A stretch of 63,989 bases of DNA, the filler included. It is 7 parts of 7 records of this genome, joined end to end, with 100 filler letters (N's around TTAATTAATTAA, not from the genome) between each part and the next. Parts side by side here need not be neighbours in the genome. Positions count along the whole stretch, not along the records: positions 14,297 to 22,765 come from SRR31147125_10821; positions 22,866 to 40,716 come from SRR31147125_10825; 5 more parts are not named here. One strand, 5' to 3'. Numbering within the stretch: the stretch's first letter is position 1; each line of letters opens with the position of its first letter. Below are positions 20,562 to 29,762 of this stretch, piece after piece. The position numbers and the translations under genes were made by a program. A model generated the notes under the pieces. The model was not told the origin of the DNA. It was given only the letters and a program-made list of their open reading frames with translations, and did not search any database.

Positions 20562-21524
20562 ATGAAAATTGAAATTGTGACAACTAAGAACGAGAAACTT
20601 AAAGAAACAGGTTTTGGTACAATAAAAGCATGCCAAGAAATTTTGAAATCATTACAAAAAAATTCTATAAAAAATATTGTCAATATAAGTGTTTGTAACG
20701 ACGAAGCTTCTTTAAATAGCATCGTAAATAGAAAACCTGATTTAGTTATATTAGCAGTTAAATATATTTTAATCGATGGTGAAGAGATTTGGTTAACTGA
20801 TTTCTTTTCAAAAAAAGAAATCAGATACACTGGATCTGAAAGAAATGTATTAGAGTTTGATTCTGATAAAATAGCAGCTAAAAATTTAATGAAGGATAAT
20901 GGTATTAAAACTGCTGATTTCTTTATTGCAAGTCCGACAGAATATTTAGATGATGAAGATTTTACTATAAATTATCCTCTTTTCTTAAAACCAGTAAGTG
21001 CAGCAAATGGAAATGGTGTTGATGAATTTTCTTTTGTTGAAGATTTTCCATCATTCAAAAATAAAGTTAACGAACTATATAACGCATACAATTCCCCGGC
21101 GTTAGTTGAAGCATATCTTGGTGGGCGAGAATTTACTGTGTCTATTATAGAAAAAACTAATCGTGATTTAATTGTATCACCTATAGAAATCATTCCTCCA
21201 CAATGTGAAAACGGAATAAAAATACTGGGAGGAAAAGTAAAAAAAGAAAATAGTGAAGAACTAAAAGAAATTACTGATTTAATTATAAAAAATAACGTTA
21301 AAAAAATTGCAAGAGATGCTTTTTGCGCTTTAGGAGTTAAAGGATTTGGACGAATTGATATAAAAATGGATGATGATGGGAATTATCATTTTATTGAAGC
21401 AAATTTAGTTCCAGGTATGACAAAAGGTTCTAGTTATTTCCCAAAAGCATGTGAAATAGCAAGTCAAATCAATTATGACGAATTAGTTAGTTTAATCTTT
21501 GAGGAATTTCCTAATAGAAATTAA
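20562..21524 (+). CDS. D-Ala-D-Ala ligase-like ATP-grasp protein
   Basis: DK..AK, PLFLKP, GREFTV, GFGRIDI and FIEANLVPG motifs. Confidence 0.8.
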   Translation: MKIEIVTTKNEKLKETGFGTIKACQEILKSLQKNSIKNIVNISVCNDEASLNSIVNRKPDLVILAVKYILIDGEEIWLTDFFSKKEIRYTGSERNVLEFDSDKIAAKNLMKDNGIKTADFFIASPTEYLDDEDFTINYPLFLKPVSAANGNGVDEFSFVEDFPSFKNKVNELYNAYNSPALVEAYLGGREFTVSIIEKTNRDLIVSPIEIIPPQCENGIKILGGKVKKENSEELKEITDLIIKNNVKKIARDAFCALGVKGFGRIDIKMDDDGNYHFIEANLVPGMTKGSSYFPKACEIASQINYDELVSLIFEEFPNRN

Positions 21525-21558
21525 GTGAAATCTTTAAACATATATTAGTAAACTTTTA

Positions 21559-21600
21559 ACCTCTTTAAAATGGAATTTATTTCCATTTTGAAGAGGGGTT
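21559..21600 (+). terminator. Intrinsic terminator-like hairpin
   Basis: CCTCTTTAAAATGGAA / TTCCATTTTGAAGAGG inverted repeat after the Ddl-like gene. Confidence 0.6.
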
Positions 21601-21722
21601 ATTTGTAGAGTCATGCTATTATTCAAGAGAGGATTTCGAAATAAGGTTTGAGTCTATCTCAAAACTGTTTTGGAATGCAATAAAATCATAGAACTGTGAT
21701 AACAATGAATTGGAGGTAAGAA

Positions 21723-22070
21723 ATGAGTAAAGTAAAACCATTAATAGATTTTGATCTATTGAGCAAAGTAGATATACGTGTTGGAGAAATATTAAAAGTA
21801 GAAGACATAAAGAAGTCAGATAAAATGTTTAAAATGCCAGTGGACTTTGGAACGTTTGAAAGATGTATTCTGGTAGGAATGAAAAAGGAAAAAGAACATC
21901 CGGCTGAAGTTGTTGGAAAACAAGCTCTATTTGTTGTAAATCTCGCTCCTAAAACTATGTTTGGCGAAGTTTCCGAAGGGATGTTGTTTGATATCGGTTA
22001 CGAAGATGGAATAACTCCTGTGTTAACTCTCCCAAAAAAACCAGTTCCAAATGGTACAAGGGTAGGGTAA
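21723..22070 (+). CDS. tRNA-binding OB-fold protein (CsaA/Trbp111-like)
   Basis: KVDIRVGEI, VDFG, VGKQALFVVNLAPK.MFG..SEGMLFD and VPNGTR motifs. Confidence 0.88.
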   Translation: MSKVKPLIDFDLLSKVDIRVGEILKVEDIKKSDKMFKMPVDFGTFERCILVGMKKEKEHPAEVVGKQALFVVNLAPKTMFGEVSEGMLFDIGYEDGITPVLTLPKKPVPNGTRVG

Positions 22071-22120
22071 ATTATCTCGGAACATTTATTATAGATAGTA
22101 AATAAAATCTCAAAGTGGGA

Positions 22121-22151
22121 ACCAGCGTGAGTCACCGCAACGTTGTCTAAT
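22121..22151 (+). repeat. attC-like right arm
   Basis: ACCAGCGTGAGTCACCGCAAC-GTTGTCTAAT. Confidence 0.5.
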
Positions 22152-22237
22152 CCAAGTCACAACTTCAAACCTCCTCTCAATAATTTATATAGTATAATTC
22201 TATATATAGTTTAAAGAGTTAGATTTGAGGAAATAAT

Positions 22238-22765
22238 ATGAAATATATCTTTATATTCGTAGCTCTATTTATACAAGCTACTGCTACACAAGTGCTTGCA
22301 AACAATTCCAATGATAAAAAAATTACTATATGAATTTAATGAAATTAAAGAGATTAACTCGTGGCTAATTGTAAACGATGGTGTAATGGGTGGACTGTCA
22401 CAAAGTATGATGTTTTTAACAAATCAAAATACAGCTATTTTTAATGGTAGCATCTCTCTAAAAAATAACGGTGGCTTTTCTTCTGTTAGAACTGCTTCAA
22501 ACACTTATAATCTTGAGGGAGTTGATGGACTCTTAAGCCGAGTAAAAGGTGATGGGAAAGCATATCAATTTCGACTAAGAAATAGTAATCGTTTCGATGG
22601 GGTTTCATATAGATACGAGTTTACCACAGAAGCAAAAACTGGATAACTGTGAAACTTCCATTTACTCAATTTGTCGCAGTATATCGTGGTTTCATTCTTA
22701 GAAATCAACAGGCAATAATCGCCGAAGAAATCAAACAACTGGGGATTCTCTTTACAAATAAAAAA
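22238..22765 (+). CDS. CIA30/NDUFAF1-like protein (frameshifted, 3' truncated)
   Basis: W.IVNDGVMGGLS, SLKNNGGFSSVR and VKGDGK.YQFRL motifs, preceded by a signal-like N-terminus. Confidence 0.8.
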
Positions 22766-22865
22766 NNNNNNNNNNNNNNNNNNNNNNNNNNNNNNNNNNN
22801 NNNNNNNNNTTAATTAATTAANNNNNNNNNNNNNNNNNNNNNNNNNNNNNNNNNNNNNNNNNNNN
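22766..22865. other. Artificial contig linker
   Basis: N-run/TTAATTAATTAA/N-run. Confidence 0.97.
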
Positions 22866-23762
22866 AAAAAAGTAAGCAGTCTCGGTTCGGGTTTTATTCT
22901 GTCAAAAAAGGGTTATATTCTGACAAACGAACATGTTGTAGAAAACGCGTCAGAAATAATTGTCACCCGAATGGGCGGTAAACAATATGTTGCCAGGCTA
23001 ATGGGCACGGATGAAACCAGCGATGTCGCCTTGTTGAAAATTGAAGGTGAAGATTTTCCATTTGTTGAGTTGGGTGATTCGGATGATGTGATTATCGGTG
23101 AATGGGCCATTGCAATTGGTAATCCGTTTGGACTCTTTGATATCACTTCCAAACCAACCGTGACTGTGGGTGTCATTAGTGCAAAAGATCAGGACTTTGG
23201 TCGCCAGGGTAATAACCGGGTTTTCGAGGATATGTTACAAACGGATGCGGCAATCAACAGCGGCAATAGCGGAGGACCGCTGATAAATAGTCATGGCCAA
23301 GTCATCGGCATTAACACCTGGATTATTTCCGGAAGTGACACCCGGTCTGCGAATATAGGGCTTGGATTTGCCATACCTGTTAACCGTGTAAAACGAGTAC
23401 TTCAGGATCTCATGAATTATGGAGAGGTCGACAGAAGTTTCTGGACCGGTATTCATTATGACGTGGTAACACCCAATATTGCCTATTATTTGGGACTAAA
23501 ATCATCACATGGTGTTATTATTTCAGATATAGATCGCAATAGCCCTGCTCATAAAGCGGGTTTACAAGTTGGTGATATTATTGTTGCTATAAATGATCGT
23601 GATGTTGAAACATTTAACAATGTGAAAGAAATTATAGATAATTTGGATTTAAAACCAGGTGATACGCTTGTGTTTCACATTTATCGATCAAAAAGTTTTT
23701 TAAAAGTAAAAGTAAAATTGGCACATCACCCTGAAAAATACAATGGGAATTTTTTAAAATGA
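22866..23762 (+). CDS. HtrA/DegP family serine protease with PDZ domain (5' truncated)
   Basis: SLGSGFI, LTNEHVV, QTDAAINSGNSGGPL and a PDZ domain. Confidence 0.92.
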   Translation, partial: KKVSSLGSGFILSKKGYILTNEHVVENASEIIVTRMGGKQYVARLMGTDETSDVALLKIEGEDFPFVELGDSDDVIIGEWAIAIGNPFGLFDITSKPTVTVGVISAKDQDFGRQGNNRVFEDMLQTDAAINSGNSGGPLINSHGQVIGINTWIISGSDTRSANIGLGFAIPVNRVKRVLQDLMNYGEVDRSFWTGIHYDVVTPNIAYYLGLKSSHGVIISDIDRNSPAHKAGLQVGDIIVAINDRDVETFNNVKEIIDNLDLKPGDTLVFHIYRSKSFLKVKVKLAHHPEKYNGNFLK

Positions 23763-25054
23763 TTCCAAGATACACAAGACCTGAAATGGGATCCATCTGG
23801 ACAGATGAACACAAATTCAAAACATGGCTAGATGTGGAAATTGCGGCTTGTGAAGCGCAAGCTGAACTGGGACGTATTCCGGCAAAAGCCGTAGAGACCA
23901 TTAAAGCTAAAGCTAATTTTAATATTGACCGAATCCTTGAAATCGAAGAAGAAGTCAAACACGATGTTATTGCCTTTCTGACAAATGTGGGTGAGTATGT
24001 CGGTCCAGACTCCAGGCATATTCATTTGGGTATGACATCCTCTGATTTATTGGATACGGCTTTAGCGGTCCAAATGAAAGAGGCGGGTGAAATTCTGCTC
24101 AAAGATGTATCGAACCTGTTAAACGTATTAAAAAATCAATCCCTTAAATACAAGGACACGATTTGTATTGGCCGAAGTCATGGCATTCATGCTGAACCCA
24201 CATCCTTTGGACTTAAATTTGCGCTCTGGTATGATGAAATGCATCGCAATCAGGAACGTTTACAAAAAGCGATTAGTGCTGTTTCTGTGGGACAAATATC
24301 CGGTGCTATTGGTACATATGCTTTTGTCGACCCAAAAGTGGAACAATTGACGTGTAAGAACCTCGGGCTAAAAGCTGCAAAAATCTCCACTCAGGTCATT
24401 CAACGGGATGTACATGCAGAATTGATGACAACAATGGCTCTTATTGGATGCACGATCGAAAAGATTGCTATCGAGATCCGCCATTTACAAAGAACCGAAG
24501 TTTTGGAAGCAGAAGAACCTTTTGGAAAAGGTCAAAAAGGGTCCTCAGCCATGCCTCACAAACGAAATCCGATTGCCAGTGAAAACGTCACAGGTTTAGC
24601 GCGCTTGCTAAAAACCAATGCTCTGGCAGCTATGGACAATATAGCTCTCTGGCATGAGCGAGACATCAGTCATTCATCAGTCGAAAGAATTGCTCTACCT
24701 GACAGTTTTATCATCACAGATTTTATTCTGGCACGAATGACCCGCGTTTTAGAAAACCTTGTTGTCTATCCGGACAATATGTTGAAAAATTTACACCTGA
24801 CAAACGGCCTCATTTTCTCGCAGCCAGTCTTGCTGGCCCTGACTGAAAAAGGATTAGCCAGGGAAGAAGCATACAAGATTGTTCAGGATGAGGCAATGTC
24901 CTGTTACCAAAATAACAAAAATTTTAAAACAGCCATCTCTTCAAATCCCAAAGTAAAACAACTACTTTCTGCAGACGAGATAGATGCCTGTTTTAATGAA
25001 GCAAGCGGTCTGTCAAACGTAAATTACATATTCAAGCAAGTTGGGATTATTTAA
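23759..25054 (+). CDS. purB: Adenylosuccinate lyase
   Basis: MIPRY, HDVIAF, GRSHGIHAEP and GSSAMPHKRNP motifs. Confidence 0.97.
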   Translation: MIPRYTRPEMGSIWTDEHKFKTWLDVEIAACEAQAELGRIPAKAVETIKAKANFNIDRILEIEEEVKHDVIAFLTNVGEYVGPDSRHIHLGMTSSDLLDTALAVQMKEAGEILLKDVSNLLNVLKNQSLKYKDTICIGRSHGIHAEPTSFGLKFALWYDEMHRNQERLQKAISAVSVGQISGAIGTYAFVDPKVEQLTCKNLGLKAAKISTQVIQRDVHAELMTTMALIGCTIEKIAIEIRHLQRTEVLEAEEPFGKGQKGSSAMPHKRNPIASENVTGLARLLKTNALAAMDNIALWHERDISHSSVERIALPDSFIITDFILARMTRVLENLVVYPDNMLKNLHLTNGLIFSQPVLLALTEKGLAREEAYKIVQDEAMSCYQNNKNFKTAISSNPKVKQLLSADEIDACFNEASGLSNVNYIFKQVGII

Positions 25055-25096
25055 ACCAATAATTAGAGTTCATTTTACTTTTCCATAGAAAGGAGA

Positions 25097-25809
25097 ATGA
25101 GTTTGAAAAAAGTAAAAATATTCGAGGGCGAATCAAAAAAATTTATGAATCCGAAAATGATAGCGAACTCATTCAGGAGTTTAAAGACGAAGCGCCTACA
25201 ATAGATGGCAGTAAAGGCGGTAAAATAAAGCATAAAGGTGTTATAAATAACCAAATTTCTTCTCATTTGTTCAAGTTTTTATCCAGTTATAACATTCCGA
25301 CTTATTTTGTCCAACAAGCACAGAATCGGGAAATGGTTATTAAAAAGTTGGACATGATTCCCATCAAAGTCGTTATTCATAACGTTGCCGCCGGTGATAT
25401 GGTAACAAAATATGGCGTCAAAGAAGGTAAGGAACTCGAGTGCCCGATCATCGAATACTATTTAAAAGATGTTGAACGTCAGGATCCAATGATTAACGAA
25501 GATCACATCGTCTCCTTTGGCCATGCAACTTCTGAAGAATTGAGGGAGATACACAGATTATCTTCAAAGATAAACGCCATATTAAAAGATTTTTTCAGAC
25601 GACGTTATTTAAATCTGGTAAATTTTAAAATCGAATTCGGTCGTTCAGCAGGTAAAGTTTTTCTTGCAGATGAGATTTGCCCGGATACATGCCGGTTCAT
25701 TGATTTAAAATCAAATGACAACCTGGATTTAAAACTAATTAATCAGGATTTGGAAAAAGCGGAAGCTATTTACACAGAAATAAAAGACAGAATACTGGTT
25801 GGAAAGTAG
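25097..25809 (+). CDS. purC: SAICAR synthetase (frameshift in A-run ~25140)
   Basis: FEGESKK, QEFKD, KGVINNQIS, MIPIKVV, FKIEFG and LADEICPDTCRF motifs. Confidence 0.88.
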
Positions 25810-25874
25810 CACGCTTGTTCGTTGAATCGCAGTCCAATGCTGATTTTTCTAACACTAAACGAAGGATATACAAT

Positions 25875-26522
25875 TTGAGTAAAGAAGGTTTTGGGACAAT
25901 ATTTGGCCTAGCTGTTTTCGCCGCATTTTTAGGTTTTCTCAGCTCTCGCTTTGATTCTACAGCATTGATTGTCCTGTTCATAGTAAATATTATTCTGATT
26001 GGATTTTGTATATACTTTTTCAGAGATCCAAAAAGAATTCCTCCTGACGATCCATTGGCCATCATTTCACCAGCTGATGGCAAAGTTGTTGAAATTACGA
26101 AGGTAATTGAACACGAATATATCGAAGGAGAGGCAACACGTATTTCCATATTTTTATCTGTTTTTAACGTCCACGTTAACTATGTCCCTTTTGCCGGCAT
26201 TGTTGACTATGTTAGATATAACAGAGGAACCTTTCATCCGGCATTTAGAGACAAGGCCTCCGATTTAAACGAACATACTTTTATTGGTATTAATACAGAT
26301 TTCGGAAAACTCGTATTTAAACAAATTGCCGGCGTTCTCGCTCGTCGTATTATCTGCACTCTTCGCCAGGACAACACCGTTAAAACAGCTCAAAAATGTG
26401 GTATTATTAAATTCGGCTCTCGTGTTGATGTGTTTCTGCCAGATTGGGCAACATTATCAGTTAACGTCGGAGATAAATTATGCGCCGGAAAAAGTGTGAT
26501 CGGAAAAGTAAATGAAAAATAA
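25875..26522 (+). CDS. psd: Phosphatidylserine decarboxylase
   Basis: FFRDP, SPADG, IFLSVFNVHVN and IKFGSRVD (self-cleavage GS). Confidence 0.93.
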   Translation: MSKEGFGTIFGLAVFAAFLGFLSSRFDSTALIVLFIVNIILIGFCIYFFRDPKRIPPDDPLAIISPADGKVVEITKVIEHEYIEGEATRISIFLSVFNVHVNYVPFAGIVDYVRYNRGTFHPAFRDKASDLNEHTFIGINTDFGKLVFKQIAGVLARRIICTLRQDNTVKTAQKCGIIKFGSRVDVFLPDWATLSVNVGDKLCAGKSVIGKVNEK

Positions 26523-27276
26523 ACAAATGATTAACATCCCAACATTATTTACCTCTTTAAATCTTTTTTGTGGTTTTTTGTCCGTTGTTTTGGCCGCATC
26601 AGGCAATTATTTAAATGCAGCCTGGCTTATCTTTATAGCAGGCATCTTTGATGCTCTTGATGGTCGCATTGCTCGTGCTTTTGGTAGAAGTAGTGAGTTT
26701 GGCCTTCAAATGGATTCGCTCAGCGATGTCGTCTCTTCAGGTCTTGCGCCTGCGTTGCTGGCTTATGAATTCCATTTAAAAAACCTGGGCCATATTGGTA
26801 TCATTCTAGCATTCAGCCCGCTTCTTTTTGGTGCTCTGCGTTTGGCACGTTTTAATGTATATACAGCAAAGACAGGTAAAAAACCGGATTTTATTGGCCT
26901 CCCTGCTCCTATGGCTGCCGTATGTGTCAGTAGTTTGATCATATTCTACGACTCAACACAATGGAACATTTTACTGAGATTCTTGATTGTCCTTGTACCA
27001 CTGGTGAGTCTTTTGATGATCAGTACAATGCGATATGAAGGTTATCCCCGTTTTTCCTTAAAAGAACGAGGTGCCAACAGATTTAAGCTTTTTTTGTTTT
27101 TTGTCACTGTCACAACTTTTGCGATAATCCCACAATATTTTCTCTTCCCCTTTATGATGGTTTATCTCCTATACGGACCGGTTGTAGCATTGAAAGCCAT
27201 TGCTAGAAATGAAGAAACAGATATCGCTATTATTGCAGAAGAGGATAAAGATTATCATACCGAAACCGAAGAGTAA
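26512..27276 (+). CDS. pssA: CDP-diacylglycerol--serine O-phosphatidyltransferase
   Basis: DALDGRIAR...FG.QMDSLSD, RLARFN and FIGLP motifs. Confidence 0.93.
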   Translation: MKNKQMINIPTLFTSLNLFCGFLSVVLAASGNYLNAAWLIFIAGIFDALDGRIARAFGRSSEFGLQMDSLSDVVSSGLAPALLAYEFHLKNLGHIGIILAFSPLLFGALRLARFNVYTAKTGKKPDFIGLPAPMAAVCVSSLIIFYDSTQWNILLRFLIVLVPLVSLLMISTMRYEGYPRFSLKERGANRFKLFLFFVTVTTFAIIPQYFLFPFMMVYLLYGPVVALKAIARNEETDIAIIAEEDKDYHTETEE

Positions 27277-27315
27277 ATGATCATCATGCAATTGCACTAA
27301 AAAGGAACGAACTCT

Positions 27316-27582
27316 ATGCGTCGTAATTTGTCAATTGGCTGGGTAATTTTAGCCATTTTTTTGGGAGCTATCATAGGTTCTGTTTTCGGTGAGCTTATCG
27401 GTTTGATTCTGCCCGACGGTGTTGTGAAAGAATTCTTCCTGCGCTCCGCCTCTTTTGGATTTAGCCCGATAAGCATAAATCTCGCAATTGTGGTTTTTTC
27501 GATTGGTATTTCATTAAATCTCAATGTGATAGGCGTCATTGGCATTATCCTGGCAGCTTATATTTTACGTTGGTACACATAA
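27316..27582 (+). CDS. Small membrane protein (DUF4321-like)
   Basis: 88 aa hydrophobic ORF with GAIIGS..GELIG. Confidence 0.65.
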   Translation: MRRNLSIGWVILAIFLGAIIGSVFGELIGLILPDGVVKEFFLRSASFGFSPISINLAIVVFSIGISLNLNVIGVIGIILAAYILRWYT

Positions 27583-27834
27583 TATTAGTGGTCAAAAAAT
27601 GAATATAAGCATTGTAGTAGAATGATATTATTCTTGCTATTAAAATAAAACTGCTTATATTTATTTTGATAAATGTATTTTATTTTGTAAATTACGTGTT
27701 GGAAAATAACTCAACAGCTAAAAGTTAGCTCATTCGGCTTTTTGTATAAAAATTTACGTTAAATTTCATATTTCATACGTTGCCAGAATGAGCATTTGTA
27801 AAAAATGTATTAAATCTAAAGGAGGTGTATCAGA

Positions 27835-28008
27835 ATGTTTCCAGCAATTGGTATGCCCGAGCTTTTAATTATTATGGTAGTCGTTCTTTTATTGTTCGGC
27901 TCCAAACGCTTACCGGATCTGGCTCGCGGTCTTGGAAAAAGTATGCGTGAATTCAAGAAAGCTGCGGATGATGTCAAAAAAGAATTCGACGTTTCAGATG
28001 ACATATAA
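27835..28008 (+). CDS. tatA: Twin-arginine translocase TatA/TatE subunit (missed by ORF track)
   Basis: RBS GGAGG, then [42 protein letters not shown]. Confidence 0.9.
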   Translation: MFPAIGMPELLIIMVVVLLLFGSKRLPDLARGLGKSMREFKKAADDVKKEFDVSDDI

Positions 28009-28051
28009 TTTTTAATTTCATTCTCGACTTATTTCAATTTTGGAGGCTAAA

Positions 28052-28240
28052 ATGGGAATACCTAGTGGACCAGAACTTATTATTATTATTTTTATAATAT
28101 TATTACTTTTTGGCGCAAAGAAACTACCGGAACTGGCACAGGGCTTAGGTAAAGGTATTAAAGAGTTTAAAAAAGCAACAAAAGATGAAGACGTATCCTC
28201 AAAGAAAACGGATCAACCTTCAACCGATAAAGAAGATTAA
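28052..28240 (+). CDS. tatA: Twin-arginine translocase TatA/TatE subunit
   Basis: [36 protein letters not shown]. Confidence 0.92.
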   Translation: MGIPSGPELIIIIFIILLLFGAKKLPELAQGLGKGIKEFKKATKDEDVSSKKTDQPSTDKED

Positions 28241-28305
28241 TGTATTGAGTCACTAACCTCATCCTTCAACTTGAGGAGATACTCGTTAACACAAAGGATA
28301 ACCGA

Positions 28306-29730
28306 TTGGATATTACTACTCTTGATTTTTCACAGGTTAAAGATAAAATTCATTCTCAAGAAATAACCTGTGTAGAAATCACCCAGAAGTATTTGGAGGA
28401 AATTAAAGATCACCAAAATCTAAACGCATTTATTTCCATATTTTCTGAAAAAGCAATTGCGAACGCGCATAAAGTAGATCAAAAAATACAGGAAGGAAAA
28501 TTCGGCAAACTGGCAGGTATGGTTCTTGGTATAAAAGACCTGCTCGCCTTAAAAGGTGAAAAAGCCACGTGTGGTTCACATATTCTTTCCAATTTCGTAT
28601 CCCCATATGATGCAACCGTCATCCAAAAGCTTCTCTCTGAGGATGCCATTCTTATTGGAAAAACAAATATGGATGAATTTGCAATGGGTTCATCCAATGA
28701 GAACTCTGCCTTTGGTGCCGTACGTAATCCGCGTTCTCTTGACACTGTGCCCGGCGGGTCTTCCGGTGGGTCTGCTTCTGCGGTCGCGGGTAATCTCTGT
28801 ATGGCTGCACTTGGAACAGATACCGGTGGGTCCATTCGTCAACCGGCATCATTTTGTGGCGTTGTTGGGCTCAAACCAACATATGGACGTGTTTCCAGAT
28901 TTGGTCTGGTTGCATTTGCATCTTCTTTGGACCAGATCGGTCCAATCACCAAATCGGTCCCTGATACAGCCCTTTTATTGGAGGTTTTATCCGGCGCAGA
29001 TAAACGAGATTCAACCTGCGCTCAGGTTCGTGTTTCACCATTTCTCCAGGACATCGGCCATGATGTAAAAGGACTTAAAATTGGATTACCAAAGGAATAT
29101 TTTCCAGAGGGCCTGGATCCTGAGGTCGCACGTTCAATCAGAAAAACGATAGACTTTTTACAAGACTCTGGTGCCGAGATAATCGATGTTTCTCTTCCAC
29201 ATACCGAATACGCTATAGCCACCTATTACATCATTGCCACGGCTGAGGCATCTTCTAACCTGGCTCGTTATGATGGCGCCCGTTATGGTGTGCGTGATGT
29301 TTCAGCATCCGACCTTGAATCAATGTATGTAAATAGCCGGACTCAGGGATTTGGAGCTGAGGTAAAACGACGAATAATGCTTGGTACCTATGTTCTTTCA
29401 TCTGGTTACTATGATGCTTACTATCGTAAAGCTCAAAAAGTACGTACATTGATTAAAAGAGATTTTGAAAATGTTTTTAACAAAGTAGACTGTTTAATCA
29501 CACCCACGGCACCAACAACCGCCTTTAAACTTGGCGAAAAGGTGGATGATCCGCTTACCATGTACCTCTCTGATATTTTTACCGTTTCAATTAACCTGGC
29601 CGGTTTACCCGCTCTATCATTACCTTGTGGCACGGATACGAAAGGGCTCCCCATTGGCTTGCAAGTGATTGGCAAAGCATTTAATGAGAGTGTCATCATT
29701 AAAGTGGCTGATTTTATCGAAAGGAATTAA
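28306..29730 (+). CDS. gatA: Asp/Glu-tRNA amidotransferase subunit A
   Basis: GKTNMDEFAMGSS, PGGSSGGS, DTGGSIRQPA and EASSNLARYDG motifs. Confidence 0.97.
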   Translation: MDITTLDFSQVKDKIHSQEITCVEITQKYLEEIKDHQNLNAFISIFSEKAIANAHKVDQKIQEGKFGKLAGMVLGIKDLLALKGEKATCGSHILSNFVSPYDATVIQKLLSEDAILIGKTNMDEFAMGSSNENSAFGAVRNPRSLDTVPGGSSGGSASAVAGNLCMAALGTDTGGSIRQPASFCGVVGLKPTYGRVSRFGLVAFASSLDQIGPITKSVPDTALLLEVLSGADKRDSTCAQVRVSPFLQDIGHDVKGLKIGLPKEYFPEGLDPEVARSIRKTIDFLQDSGAEIIDVSLPHTEYAIATYYIIATAEASSNLARYDGARYGVRDVSASDLESMYVNSRTQGFGAEVKRRIMLGTYVLSSGYYDAYYRKAQKVRTLIKRDFENVFNKVDCLITPTAPTTAFKLGEKVDDPLTMYLSDIFTVSINLAGLPALSLPCGTDTKGLPIGLQVIGKAFNESVIIKVADFIERN

Positions 29731-29762
29731 AGCGTTTAAATATTTATTTTTTGGGAATCGCA

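Larger units (their letters stand above)
14297..22765 (+). mobile_element. Integron-like gene cassette array (attC-like sites, no integrase in contig)
   Basis: About 11 unrelated short co-oriented genes. Spacers carry ..TAAC/..CAAC near stops and GTT(R) core sites with a shared upstream motif. Confidence 0.65.

Noticed and set aside
20562-21524. Vancomycin-resistance ligase (vanA/B)
   Set aside because: There are no vanH, vanX or vanRS neighbours and no diagnostic similarity I can support.
14297-22765. CRISPR array or prophage interpretation of the repeated spacer motif
   Set aside because: The repeats are degenerate and separated by whole genes, and there are no cas or phage genes.
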